This document shows positions 25,816-39,100 of a stretch of 64,000 nucleotides of DNA, one piece after another. The stretch covers positions 372,001 to 436,000 of the forward strand of contig MU056000.1 in assembly GCA_013239625.1 (NCBI GenBank), in the 5' to 3' direction. The stretch's first letter is position 1. Each line of letters begins with the position of its first letter. The DNA is from Lama guanicoe (lineage: Eukaryota). The notes below the pieces were generated by a model. That model was not told the DNA's origin and searched no databases. It saw only the letters and a list, made by a program, of their open reading frames with translations. The translations under genes and the position numbers were made by a program.

Positions 25816-26132
25816 TTGATCTTGCTGAAGACGATGTCCACGTCGGTGACGGTGACACTCCTGCCGTCGATCACCTGGCAGTCCCTGCACAGTTTGGTCC
25901 AGTTCTTGCCGTGCATCTCCCTCCCGCTGGCCCTGGTGTCCCCATGCACCGCGAACCTCCGGAAGGCCTCCTCCAGGGCGGTGAGCTCCGGGCCCGCAGC
26001 GGCCGCCCCCTCACCAGCACCCTCTGACTCCAGCGACAGCCTCTTGGCCGCCTTGTCCTTGGCAGGGTCCCCTGGGGACTTGGGGGGCGTCTTGTTGGCG
26101 GGCTTGGCGGGCCTGGGCTTGCCGTCAGCCAT
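25816..26132 (-). CDS. TPPP: TPPP first coding exon (ATG at 26132); total CDS 666 nt, 221 aa
   Basis: Encodes [23 protein letters not shown]...KRLSLESE...FAVHGD...[11 protein letters not shown]...VDIVFSKIK. Donor AA|gtaagc. Confidence 0.98.
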
Positions 26133-29100
26133 CCTGCTGGGAGGAAGGGACAAGAGGTCACCCTCTGCAGCAGCTGCCCAAGGCCCTCTGCTGCCACTCG
26201 TGGACAGGAGGCCACCAGCGCGTGTCACAGCAGAGCCCTCGGGCCCCACGGGGGCAGAGCAACTGCAGGACCGCGGGCTGGTGAGCATCCACCTGCTCTG
26301 GACACACGTGGCCCTCCAGCGCCAGCGTCCCCGAAGTCAGAGCCTCAGCCGTGAGGCTCAGGGCCCCTCTCTGGTGCTGCCCAGGCACTCCTGCCCTGGG
26401 GACTCCCCAGGTGACACCCTTCCCAGCATCCATGGGGTGACACTGTCCTCAGGGAGGGGACCCAGAACAGGTCACACCGCTGTCCCCCGCTCGAGGGCGG
26501 AGCCTGCTGACCAGGGCGCCCCCACCCGGACGGCCAAGCTGGGTGCTGGTGGGAGAGAGAGGCCCCGGGCGTGGGTGGGGGGTCTGTGCAGACCCTGAAG
26601 GCTGAGCGCAGCTGTGCCCCAGGCCCAGGGTGGGGGCCTCAGGCCGTGGGTGAGGCTGACATGGGGCCCTCAAGTTGGGAGCCCCCAAAGCTGGGTCCCC
26701 GTGGGGCTGAGGAGACAGAAACCATCCACCCTGGCAGATTTGGGGAGCCCAGGCTGAGCACCGTGCCCACAGAGTCGCGGCTGGTGGACGGGGCAGGACC
26801 CTGAGAGCCTGACTCCCAGGGAGCAGTGGCCTCACTGAGAACCACTGTGGGGTCAGTGGGAGGAGAGACGCAGACCGGCACAAGCTCAGGGTCCGGCTGG
26901 ACGGTCGGGGCCACGGACAGCTTCACTGGAAACCCTCAGGTCCAAGTTAAGGTAGAGGAAGCACGCAGCCCCACACCACGGGGGTCGGGAGGGCCCTGCC
27001 AATCTTAGGACCCACAAGTCCCCCAGCAGAGAGATGACCGTCCACAGGGCCAGGGTGCCTGCTACTCCCCTCCTCGAGGGTGGAGCAGGTGAGGAGAAGG
27101 ACCGTGAAAAAGTCACCCCGGAGCCGCCAGGACTCCTCTCGTCCCCAGGGCGGTGCCGTCACCCATGGGGCACACCCGCCAGGTCGCAGAGTGCTCTCCA
27201 GGGACAGTCACCAAGGCCACCAGCGCCTTGGGTGTCGCCGGAACTGCTCAGGTGTTATCTCGGCTCCATTTCTCTGAAACCAGAACTGCTGTGGGACTGG
27301 CCCTGAGTTCACCTCGGGCATCGGCTCCCGACGCCCAAGTCGCAGATGCTGCTGGGAAATCACTGGAAGCATTAGTGGCTGGTGAGCATGGCACATGGCT
27401 GGTGAGGACCACTTTATGAGCCTCAGATTCGGGGGTACTCCCGTCAGGACGGTGGAGCAGGAGCAGCAGAGGCTGAGAGGCAGGTGCAGGTCAGCTGGGT
27501 GGCAGGGAGCTCTGCCCACGATGTCCTCGACTATGCAGATCCTACAAGTGCCGACAGTTAGGACGCAGGGGTCCAGGCCGAGCCTGCACTCGGGGCACCC
27601 ACAGGTCACCTGAGCACCTGGGCGCCAGGGCCCCTGAGAAGGAAGAGAGGGGGCCGTGGGGGACCCCACAAGTGCTTGCGCACCCACAGCCCCCACTCAG
27701 GATGCCCCCAGCTGCCAACCCGTGCTCCACGCACAGTTCTAACATGCTTGGCCGTCAGCCTCCACCGTAAACAAAGTCAGAAGGACTCAAAGATACTACA
27801 AGTTACCCATCCAACATGGAGCTGGCCTCCTGCTTGGGCACAGGTGATAAGCCAGTAAACAAATGGGTCAGATCGGAAGCACTCGGAGCAGAAACTCAGG
27901 CGGGTGAGATCATCTTAGAGGAGGGGGCCGTGGGCTAGGATCTCAGCGATGCCAGGGTCTTGGCCGGAGGTGGGGTGGCGGCACGGAACCACACGAGGTT
28001 CACGAGGTGGAGGAGCAGAGCCCCCCCAGCCCCAGCCGGGCTCGGCCGCTCATAACCTGCACCCCAAGAGCTGCGGCCTCGGCGCCGACCTGGGCTGCGG
28101 GTGGGTCTCCACTTAGGAATCTCTGGGTGCTGCTCTCAGCACAACTGAGCTCCTGTCCTGGGCACTCACCTCCACTGTCAACAGGTGCTACCTTAGTGCA
28201 ACACACTGAATTTTAACAAAAACAGCAGGAGTGAGACCCTACGTCCAAGGTCACTCTCGTCCAGGGAAGAGCAGGAGGCAGGCGAGCAGAGAAAGAGGCC
28301 CCACACCCGTGTCTCTGCTCTCTGCCCTCCTGCTTCCCACGTCTGAGCTGCTTCACTGAACCCCTGTGCTGTTTCTGTGATGACAGAATGAACTTAACTG
28401 TGAAAGAAATGGGGACTCAGCCAGAGGTTTCTGGGATACGCAGGTGCTCAGAGAGACCCTTCCTCACTGACGTTGGCCTGCTGGGCCCTCCCTCCCTGCT
28501 GCCCCTCCGTCTGACTCCTCCCCAGGGAGGCAGCCCCCCCGCCACGTTCCTGCCCCCACAGGCTTGGGGGAAACTCGGGGCGGGCTTACTCTTGCCCCCC
28601 TTCCCACCTGCGCTGCCCCACTTTTGTCAGGAGAAACAAAGTCACTTAGTAGAAGAGGCTGCCAGGTGCAGTGTTAAAGAGAGGGCCTCCCAGGTGTGGG
28701 CTGTGTGCCCTGCACCCCAGCTGTGTGCCCTGCACCAGGTGTCATTCTGGCGGCTGCAGGTACAGTGGCCTGGATGCCCAGCTCCCTCACTGTGAGGGTT
28801 GTCGGCAGCCTGGGGAGGCCCCAACAGACTAAATTCACGTTCCAGTTTTCAACACCCAGGTTCCCAGACAAAAAACCAGTCTCTCTCCTGGCCCTCACCC
28901 ACCTGCTTCCCTGCACGGACCGTGGACTCCTGGGTGCGTGCCTATATGGGAGGGAGGAGGAGGGGCACAGAGGGCGAGGACCCCAGCGTGAGGAGGTGGC
29001 CAGAGTCCCGGGACGGGCCTGTGAGATGCAGGCGCCAGCCCAGCAGCAGACGGGGGAAGGGGCACCTGCTCTCCGGGCAGGAGGGATGAGCAGGAGAGCA

Positions 29101-29649
29101 GGTGGACAGACCTGTGAGGTGGGGGGGGCCGGCGCAAAGTGCCGCTGGCCAGGTCCTGCTGAGGCACAGCAACCCCAGGGCTCAGGAGGAGAGGCCTGAT
29201 GAAGTGCGCACAGTGGGTGTTTTACTGGACTCGCATTTTCAAAGGAGGCTTGGAGAGGCCAGGGCAGGCCTTGAGGGGGAGTGACAGACCACAGAGCTCC
29301 AGGAGCTGCAGGACCTGCGGGCCTGGGGAGCCTGGTCCACAAGTGTCCATCAGGCCCCAGGGACCGTCCTACCCAGGGGCGGGGCTGTCTCAGATGCCAC
29401 GTGGTCCCCCCGCCCACCTCTCCCTCCCGGGCTGCCTATGCTCCAAAGAGGCACCAGGGTGAGGCCTGTATCAGAATGACTCTCCTGGACAAGGCCCTTT
29501 AGACTTGACTACTTGACTACCTGAAGCCAAACCTATAGAAAAGTTTACCCAGAACAGACCCTACACATCACGGTCACAGCTTCTGCATCCACACCAGCAC
29601 CCTTCCCCCAGGGAGGCCGGAAATCCATAGTAGTGATGTGCTTGCAACA

Positions 29650-29935
29650 GGGCCGGGTGTGTCTGAGCAGGGCCAGGTGTGTCTGAGCAGGGCCAGGTGT
29701 GTCTGTGAACCGGGCCAGGTGTGTCTGAGCCGGGCCGGGTGTGTCTGAGCAGGGCCAGGTGTGTCTGAGCCGGGCCAGGTGTGTCTGTGAGCCGGGCCAG
29801 GTGTGTCTGTGAGCAGGGCCAGGTGTGTCTGTGAGCCGGGCCAGGTGTGTCGGTGAGCAGGGCCAGGTGTGTCTGTGAGCCGGGCCAGGTGTGTCTGAGC
29901 CGGGCCAGGTGTGTCGGTGAGCAGGGCCAGGTGTG
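29650..29935 (+). repeat. Minisatellite of 20/22-bp units GGGCCAGGTGTGTCT(GT)GAGC[A/C], 13 full copies plus one partial
   Basis: Units start at 29650, 29670, 29690, 29712, 29732, 29752, 29772, 29794, 29816, 29838, 29860, 29882, 29902 and 29924. Confidence 0.97.
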
Positions 29936-32004
29936 GTATTAAAGGCAACAACAGCTTCTCCCAGTTCCACTTCCTGGAGCAGAATGTGGGTCTGCCCTGA
30001 AAGTAAAGATGGAGTGTTATCCTCCTTCCACAGGTGTAAATGCCCCTCCACTACCTGGCTCCCGCAAACCAGCTCTCAGCACCTCGCTCCCAGGGTCCAC
30101 ACAGCCCCCTCACCCTGCCCATAATCTACACTCACCTGTGGGCACTTCTGTAATCCGACCAGGCCAGTGGGGCCCAGCTCCTTGTCCCTTGGGAAGCAGA
30201 TGCCTTCCAGTTCCCAAGGCCTCTCCATCCTCCAGCCCTCTCACCTCTCCTGTGTCCTCAGTTGCCTCTGCCCGCAGCTGCTGGATGTTACCAGACAGAT
30301 CCACAGACGGCCCCCCAGGCGGCCTGGGCACAGTCGGATGGCCCAGCCTCGCTGGAGGGGGCCTGGCTGAGCTGCGCGAGCACTTGGGTTGGGGGTTAAG
30401 GATGGTGTCAGATGTGGCAGGATGAGTGTGTCTGGGAGCCGGGACCAGAGCAGGGAACCCTCTCCAGCCCTACCACACCACCTCCCCAGGCGCTGTGAGA
30501 CCCTCCTCCTGCCCCCGCCTCTAGGGAGCCCCTCTGGGAAACACCAGCTGAACCAGCCTCTCTCCCCGTGTGCAGAGGAGGAGCAGGTGCGGGGCCTACA
30601 AGCCCCAGGGCAGCCCAGCCTCTGAGATGCGCTGTGTCAGGGCTTGGTCCCAGGACAGGGGCACAGGGAGGGGGCTGGAGGAACAGTGGAACAGCCCCAA
30701 ATAAACCCCCCACGGAGGAGGGGACGCCTGGTCAGCTGGTCCAGGGACACCCTGCCCTACCCCACCCCTTGCGAGGCCCTTCAGGTGCAGGCATTGGCCC
30801 CACACCTGGTCCTCTGCAGAGACAGTGACTGCAAAGACCAAGTGGCTGGAAGCCCAGGGGATGGACGCCGACTGCCAGCTTGCTTCCCTGCTCCCCTCCA
30901 TCCACAGGGCTCAGGCCCCCAGTGCCTCGGGCTGGCCTCACCCCTGGGGCTGCCCTTGCCGAGGGCACAGCCTCCTCACAAATGGCCCTAGGGGAACCAG
31001 GGCGTCCCAGGCCCATAGCCCTGCCTGCCACCCGCCCCGCACCGCCAGCTCTTCGTGTCAGTCTTTGGACTACAAGGCAGCCCTCTGGCAATTGTGCACA
31101 TCTCAGTCACAACACGGCCACCCACTCCATCGCTGCCCCACACTCGATGTGAATGACCACTCATCCCAGGCAGCGAGGGCCTCCCGGGCGGGCACAAAGC
31201 AGCCTCTCTGAATGCAGAGCACAGGCGGTCTCAGGAGTCCATCCGGCGTGGACACGGCCCCGCCACCCCCAGCACCTCCATTCACAGTCCCTGCGGAGAT
31301 CCCGACAGGATGGGCCGACCGCACTGTCTGAGCCGGATGCCACCCAGGTGCTGGCCACAGAGCTTCAGATCACTGGCCGGGAAGGGCCCACAGAGTTGGG
31401 GCCTCCTGCCCCTCGGAGCAGCCTGAGAACCACAATTACAGCCACACGGTTCCCTGTTCCCGGGGCAAAGCCGGCATCTTCCCGAGGCTCCCCCTACACC
31501 TGCAGGCAGGCCGTGGCCCATCCTCCATCCTGCGTTGTCCTGGGAGCTGCCCCGGAACATTGCCGGGCAGGTGGGGTTGGGGATCAGGACATGGTGGGAG
31601 GTGGTGGGGAGAACAAAGGACAGTTTTTCGATCCTCAAAAGATGGCCTAAGCTAGGAGCCTTTCCAATAAAGGAAAGTGGGGAAGGGGCTGGGGGTTAGG
31701 GTGTCTCCAACTGCAGCCACAGGGCCCCCAGGGTCGTCATCCCCACCCCTCAGGAGAACTGGTTGCTGTTCAACAGTGGGAACATCTCTGGGCCACCACA
31801 AACCTGACAGTTTTGGGGGGACTCACTCTGCTAAGATGCTTGGCTTCCCATGAGCCACATCTTGGGCCCCAGTCCCCCTGCCGCAGAGCCGGCCTCTACT
31901 GTCTGTCAGCGCCTTCCTTACCAACCCCGTGAACCCAGCAGTGCGGCCAACCTGGGGGTCAGGCGGGCCCACGCAGGGGCAAGAGTAGTGGGTGAGTGGT
32001 GGCC

Positions 32005-32410
32005 CTGGACTAGGTGTGCTCACGCCCTCAGCCCTGAGCCTGTGGACGTGACCTTGTTTGGAAGAAGGGTCTTTGCTGGTGTCATCAAGTTAAGGACTTC
32101 CGGATGGGACCGCTCTAGATGAGGGTGACCCTAAATCCAACAACAGTGACCTTGTAAGAGGAGACACAGAGGAGAAGGCACGTGAAGACAGAGGCAGAGG
32201 TTGGAGGGAGGCAGCCACGAGCCCAGGGACGCCTGGAGCACCAGGAGCTGGACGAGGCAGGAAGGACCCAGCCTGGAGCCCAGGGAGGGAGTGGCCCAGC
32301 CACACCTGGATCTCAGACTTCCAGCCCTAGAACTGGGAGAGGATGAATTCTGTTGTTTTAAGCCAACATTCTGTGGTCCTTTGTCACAGCAGCCCCAGGA
32401 CCCTCCCACA
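32005..32410 (+). mobile_element. MLT1-type (ERVL-MaLR) solo LTR
   Basis: GTGACCTTGTTTGGAAGAAGGGTCTTTGC...GTGAAGACAGAGGCAGAGGTTGGAG...TTCTGTTGTTTTAAGCC...TTTGTCACAGCAGCC. Confidence 0.88.
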
Positions 32411-33518
32411 GCAGGGAAACCAGAAGGGGTCCCTCCCCCAGAGAAGAGAGCTCCAGAGGCAGACGAGTGGAGCCCTGGGAGGTGGCGCAGAGCCTGGAGG
32501 GAGGCCGGGCAGGGGTCTAGGCGGGTGGGTTCCAGAGGCCCCAGAGGAGAGGCTTTAAGGAGGGACCTGCCCCCAGGATGCCCGTTGTGGCCTCCAGTTG
32601 GAGTGTCTCTACCGGGTGGACACCGAGACCCTCAACAGGAAATCCGTTAATTCGAGAAGTTAAGCTGCATGTGGGTGCCCGTGGCCTCTTCCGGACCGAG
32701 GGTGCCCAGCCGCTGCTGCGGGTCTGCACAGCCAGGTTCTGGGGCAGCTGTAGGGCTCTGCTCCCAGGCCCGGATGCTGCCCAAGACCAGACGGACAGAA
32801 ACAGCCACCAAGGGCCAGCCCCAAGCCTCCCGGACAACAGGGAGTCCGCTCACAGCCGCGGCCGGACCTGGGAGGCTGCCCGGCTGCCCACAGGAACACG
32901 GAGTCAGAGGCGCTGCGGAGAAGGGCGGCACCTCCCTGACCTTGGACGCCGCCAACCAGGTCTGACCAGCCTGCAGGTGAGGGGACAGCATCCACCTTCA
33001 GGCCTCAAAGCTCCTCCTGTCCCGAGCAGCCCACGAGGGGACAGGCAGACACAGGCAGGACGTGCAAACACCGTCAGTGAGGGGCAGGTGTGGAGGGCGT
33101 GGGAAACAGCCCCCAGACCAACGAGGAGGCTCTCTGGCCTCCCAGGGTGCAGGCCAGCCCACCACCCCCTGGGGAGAGGGGACCCTGGACAGCCCAGCCC
33201 CGCTCGCAGGCAAGGACGAGGGCTACGGGGCCCTGCGGGCTGAGCCTGGAGGACGGCTGTCCCTGAAGGGCCACCTGGGAGTGAGGGCCAGCGGGTGGGG
33301 ACAGGTCAGATCCACTCCTCTGAACCCACAACTTGGATTCAGGGGACCTGGACCGCTGGAGCCCCAAACACGGCAGGACACACACACACACTCCAGCGGA
33401 AGAGCTTGCTCCTGGACACAGAAAACACTGCTATGAACTTCTTCTGATAACAGCATCTACACATGATAAAAAATAACCAGGCCTCGGGGGCGGGGGGGGG
33501 GGGGGGGGGGGGGCACCA

Positions 33519-33564
33519 NNNNNNNNNNNNNNNNNNNNNNNNNNNNNNNNNNNNNNNNNNNNNN
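33519..33564. other. Assembly gap (46 N) after a poly-G run (33486-33513)
   Basis: N run immediately after a G homopolymer. Confidence 0.99.
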
Positions 33565-36100
33565 ACTCGGTGAACCTCGGGAGGCAGAAAGGACCAGAGG
33601 TGCTAGTTACTGGCGCTGGATCAGTCATGGAGTTTAAAGTAATTGAATGCCGGGTGCAGAGAAGCAAGGGGCAGTGCACACCATGTGCAAAGGAGAAAAG
33701 GACAAGGTGAGGAATTCCAGCCAAGAACTGGGAGCTGTAAAGAGGCAGGGCGGCAGCTCTGAAGAAAGAACACCTTAGAAATTCCAGCCCCCAAAGCACA
33801 ACAATTAAAATTCAGAATTTGGCAGATGGGTTTCAAAGCACAGTAGATTCAACACAGCAAAAAGGACGTGTGGGAATTGGAAATATCCCAAGACAACACC
33901 TCAACGTGGTGGAAACGTGTGCACACACACGTATGTGTGTGCGTGTGTTGTGTACACACATGAAAATCAGGCAGGTCAACTGCCACCTAAGAAGTTAAGA
34001 AGAAACCTCAGCAAATTAGGGACAGAAACGACAGAAACACTGAAGATAAAAGTAAAAATTAATAAACTGGAAAACAAGTCTACAATGCAGAGGCCTACAA
34101 CCTCAAAAGTTAATGCCATGAAAGCGCTGATAAAATCGATAAATTTATCAACTGGGGACGTTAATCAAGAAAAAGAAAGAGAAGGTCAAAACTGCAGCAC
34201 AGGAATGGAAAATGAGGACATCCCTGCAAGTTCTATAGATCCTAGAGATTAAAACACAGTAGGAAAATATTATGAACAATTTTAATCCAGTACATTTGAT
34301 AATGTAAATGAAACACACAGATTTCTAAGAACAATACGAAAGCCACCTTGCCAAAAGGTAACAAGAAAAAATAGATACTCTTATCATTGTTCTTATAATT
34401 ACTACCAATTCTTATAATTATGAAGGACTCAAATCCTTGTTTAAAACTCTTCTCACAAAGAAAACTCCAGGCCTAGACGGCTTCCCCAGCAGATTCTACC
34501 TTATGTTAAAAGAAGAAATGATGTCAGTCTTACACAAATTCTTCCAGAGTAGAAGATGAAGCATCCCACCTCCCACTCATTTTGGCTAAAATAATCTTGG
34601 TACCAAAACCTGGTAAGGGCAGCTCAAGGACAGAAAATTTTATGCCTATCTCATTTACAAACAAAGATGCAAAAACACTACACAAAATCCTAAAAAGCTG
34701 AATCTGATGAGAGAGAAAAAGGATCAATACCTTACAGTCAAGTTGGGCGTATGCCAGGAATGCAAGGTTGGTTTAACATTAATCAATATATTTCATCACA
34801 TAAGAGAACAGAGACCCAAAATCATGTCGCCGTCTTGATAAATGCAGGCGAAGCATTTGATGGAGTTCAGCATTGATTCACCATCAAACGTGTCAGCAAA
34901 TTAAAAAAAGAAGGAAATTCCTTAATTTGATACTGAGTGCCTTAAAAAAACTACAAAAATCGTCATACTTAACAATAAACTATTGAAAAGTTTCAAGCTG
35001 GAGTGAGAGGAGGACGCAGGGTCCACATCACCACTTCTCCACACCGTCAGTGATAAGGCAAGAAAAGGAAGTGAATGATACAAGCATCACAGGGGAAGGA
35101 ATGAAACTCGCGTTATCTGCAGTTTCCATGGCTGTGTGCAATCCCAGGAAGGTTATTAAAATCAACGTGAGTTTAGCAAGGCCTCTGGATACATGGTCAG
35201 CACACAAAAATCTATCTTATGTCCTTGTAGCAGCAAAAACAGACAATAAAAGGTATTTAAAAATACACCACTAAAATATTGTGAGGAAACAGCAATTAGC
35301 TACTAATAAATGTAACAAAAGAAACAAAAGACGGTTAAGACAGTCGACAAAGAAAACTGAAGCACTGTTGAAAGAATAGTATTACGAATGCTGATTCATG
35401 CTGAACATACAAAGATATCAATTATCTCCAAATTCATCCACAGTTTTAATTTAATCCAAATAAAACTTCCAAAACTGCTTATGTCTGGGTAGTGAGACAA
35501 GCTGAATGTAAAACACATACGAAAAGGCAAAGGGCCATGAATAAACCAGAGATCTTGAAGGAGGGGCAGGTGGAGGGTCTGCCCCTGATGGGGACTTGCC
35601 GGGAGGTCCTGGAAATGAGGACGGCCTGGTGTGTGGTCCCGGTGGAAGGACAGAGAGTAAACCACCAGGCCGGAGAGCCCCAATCCATCCACACACGTGC
35701 AGCGACAGGCTTACGAGAGGGGTGTCCTGCCGGGACAGGGGGGGAGAGAGGCTCTCAGTAAATGGGCTGACTGAATGAAAACTCATGCAGGTTCAGGTAA
35801 GCATTCAGGCTGCAGGAAAGGCAACCTCAGGAAGGTGAGGCTTGAGGGTATCTGACGTCCTGGGGGTGGGGAAGGCTCCCTACAAAGGACACAAACCCAC
35901 CACCTCCTTGGAAAAGGTCCTGGGATGGCACAAGATTAAAATTAAGAACTTCTGTTCACCAAAAAATATCACTGAGGTAGTGAGAAGGTGGGCGGCACGC
36001 GGCAACGCTGCTTGTCTCCAGAATCCACAGAGGGCAGGGCAGGCAGCAAGAATGACAGCTCTGGAGACACAGCCAGGGGCTAGAAGGGCCCCAGCCGCCC
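33565..36100 (+). mobile_element. Old LINE-1 (ORF1/ORF2 fragments) in TPPP intron 1
   Basis: A-rich, with ACAAAGAAAACTCCAGGCCTAGACGGCTTC and CCAGGAATGCAAGGTTGGTTTAACAT (RT-domain GMQGWFN). Confidence 0.88.
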
Positions 36101-39100
36101 GCGACCGTGGGGGGTGCGGGGCTCTGCCCCATTAGCAGGAAACGCAGGCGCCAGCCCGACTTCGGGGAGCTGCCGGCAAGTCTGGGCTGGAGAGAGGGAC
36201 GCCGAGGGCCCTGGCCCTCCACTCCCGGGGTCTGCCCAGCAGAGTCACCTGCACGCTTCTGCAGAGAAAGCGGCCAGAAGGCTCAGGCAGCCCCGTGCAC
36301 AGGAGCCAGAAAACGGGAATAACCAAACCCACCACCCACACAGCCGGCCTGGAGACGGCGGCGGGCAGGCTCCCCGCGCGGATGGCCAGCACAGCAGAGC
36401 TCTGCGATGTCACAGGGCTGACTGTCGGCCCGGGAAATGCGCTCAGGTGGTAAGCCACAACAAAGGCGGAGCCTCCCCAGAACAGGGCGGGCAGCCACCG
36501 CATCTGGCAGCCTCTGTGCTGCATCTGAAGGGTCCAGAAGGAGCAGCCTTGGGGACACCTGGGGACCAAGCACCCAGCAAAGCCTGGTGGACGTGAGGTG
36601 AGGCCCAGGTGAGCTGGGTGAACCGTCTTCCTACAAAAGAGGCCCGGTCTGCAGCCCACGCCTCGCAGGCGCAGAGACTCAGGAGGGCGATGTGTAAGGC
36701 CTGGACCAGGTCGCCTGGAGAATGCTGGCTTCTGTGGCATTCTCGCTGGAGTAAGAGCTTCCTAGGGCAGAGGTCACGCTGGCTCACCTGAGCTGGCTCA
36801 CCTGGCACTGGGCAGGTGTCAACAGATGTCTGTTGAACAAATAGGTGCAACAGGGATACAGGATGAGACCTCAGGAAATGTGGCCCAGGGCAGGAGACAG
36901 AGACTAGGGACACGCCGGGGACACGCCAAGGGCACAGAGAAGCTGTGCAGCGGGAGTGGAGGGGGGCCGAGAAAGGGCTCCGAGGGGTCTTAACTTCTAG
37001 ACTGGAAGGGAGGCGAGGGCCGCCCTGCGTCCCACAGCTCTGACTGGAAAAAGGAACCCGGGCATGAGCCACTCTCCCAGGGCGAGCTCACACTTCCCCT
37101 GCCGAAGGGGTCGCAGAAGACACCCTGGTTTGGTGCCAAAGTCAAAGCACCGCCCTTTCCTTGCGCCCTGTGAAAGACTTTTCATACTTCTTCGTCAAAG
37201 AAGGTCCTCAGGGTTGGACACTGAGACTTCAGACTCCAGGGAGCCTCGCCGCACGCTGCCGCCCAGTTAGAGGGGAAATCTGGGGCCTGGAACCAGTCTT
37301 GCCTCCCTATCAGGAAACAAGATTTGGAGACAGTGCAACAGGGCCCTGGGGAGCTGCCCTTCCCCCACACACGCCTCCTGGGGGCTGCGCCCCCTCTGTG
37401 ATGCCAAAAGGGCCAATCAAAGCCACTTCCAGGAACTAATGTGAAGCTTCCTCTTGAAGAGGGGCTGCTGAGCCATGGTAGGGTGCAGTGGCGGGGATCC
37501 CACGGGTTGTGACACACGGCTACCTCTCCACCCAAAGAGAGAGAGCATGTCAGAGCCCCAGACGTGGCCAGGCCTGCCAGGCAGCTCTGTGCCTGCCCTC
37601 CCAGGACACCTCTGTCGCTGGGGCAGCGGCAGCGCTGCTCCTCCTGCCTGGTCCCAGGCCCGCCTGGTCCAGGGCTTGTGGGCTCAGGTGGACTCGGCTC
37701 AGTGCCCAGCCCCCTCGGTCTGGCCTGGCTTCTGGACGGTGCCAGGCCAGGCTCAGGGCACGGACCTCCTGGCCAAGGAGGACATGACGCTTCAAAGTGC
37801 AGCAGGGCCCCAGGCCTCATGGCCCCAGTAGCCCCAGATGGCATCTCTTGTACATGCTCCTCCAGCCTCACCAGCAACATCACCAGCTATAAATAGGCCT
37901 GGCGCTAAGTCAGCACAGCCTCTCCCCGAGGAAGCTTTTAATTCTCAGCCTCTTCTGCAGGGAGTAGCTCCACTGCCCACCAGGGAGTGAAGCCACGTGG
38001 ACGCTGCCCCGGAGGACAGCTTGGCTGCTCAAAGCTTCCTCTTAAACCTCAATCAGTGGTAAGTGATTTTAATTTTCTTTATGAAATTCTCCTGTGATTT
38101 GCACATTTCCCACAACAAGCATCTATAACTTTGTATGTAGCTAAAACAGTTTATTTACTGCAACTTCAAAGGATTCAGAAAGATCAGCCAAACACACCAA
38201 GGAGATAAGGAGACGCCAACACAGCTTCCTCTGATCTCCATCCCTTCGTGATTCCGAAAAGATGGAGAGGAATTTTCAATATGGTTCTTAAATCATGGTA
38301 CCTTTCTGAGTCATGGGTCCCTCTGGAAATCACTGAAGCCACAGCCCCTTTCTCCAGAAAAACAGACTGAGTGACATGCACTTTGCAGACGCTCCCAAGA
38401 GATTCACCAGCAACACCGCCCCCCCCAGCCATCACCCAGCCCGTTGTCTCCAACTATGTGGTGGGAACAGGGGCTGATGCCGGAGAAGGAATCATGGAGT
38501 CCAGTTTAAGGTGCCGCAAACCGCCTGTCTCACTGGCCCCTTCTCTTCCCCCATTTCCGGCCTGTTCCAAGCACTCCCCACCTCCAGCCCCATGGCTCCA
38601 TCCCCAGATGTGGTCCCAGTGCACTTGGAATTCAGGTCAGGGTTTACTGACCACCTCCTAGGCGGCAGGGGTTGCCCTGGGCTCTGGGGAGGCCCCCCAC
38701 CCCAGCTTGCCCTCCCTGAGAGACTAGCCATGGGGAGTCCTGGGAGGCTGGCAAGCGGTGGGGGCCATGGGAGCTAGGCCCTTTTATCGGCGTCCCCTGC
38801 GGACTCAGCAAGCATCCAATACATGTCAGGCAAATTAGCCAATAAATATGCAGACGGATGGATGACTGCATAGGCAGCTTCTCCTAAAAGGTGTCTCATC
38901 TTCAGAGAACACAGCACGCCTATCAAAACAACAGTCGGGGGAGGGCAGCCAAATGGGGCTTCTTCCCACCTCACTTCAAGGCTTCATTTACGTAACTGAA
39001 GCCGCAGAATAAAGGGTTCCTCAGGATCCTCCTTCAAAAGCGGGGCACTGGTCCCCAGAGGGATGTGGAAAAAAATATATTGGCAGCCAACCTCTTTATC

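Noticed and set aside
25405-26598. 397-aa plus-strand ORF, the longest in the window
   Set aside because: It is the antisense shadow of TPPP exon 2 in very GC-rich DNA, starts at GTG and has no recognisable domain.
29545-30051. Repetitive ORFs (TPGPAHRHTWP repeats) and a superficially CRISPR-like array
   Set aside because: These are translations of the minisatellite. There are no unique spacers, no cas genes, and the DNA is mammalian.
33486-33564. Long poly-G run as a G-quadruplex element (also poly-C at 9320-9333)
   Set aside because: Both abut N-gaps, so their length and content are unreliable and probably reflect sequencing dropout.
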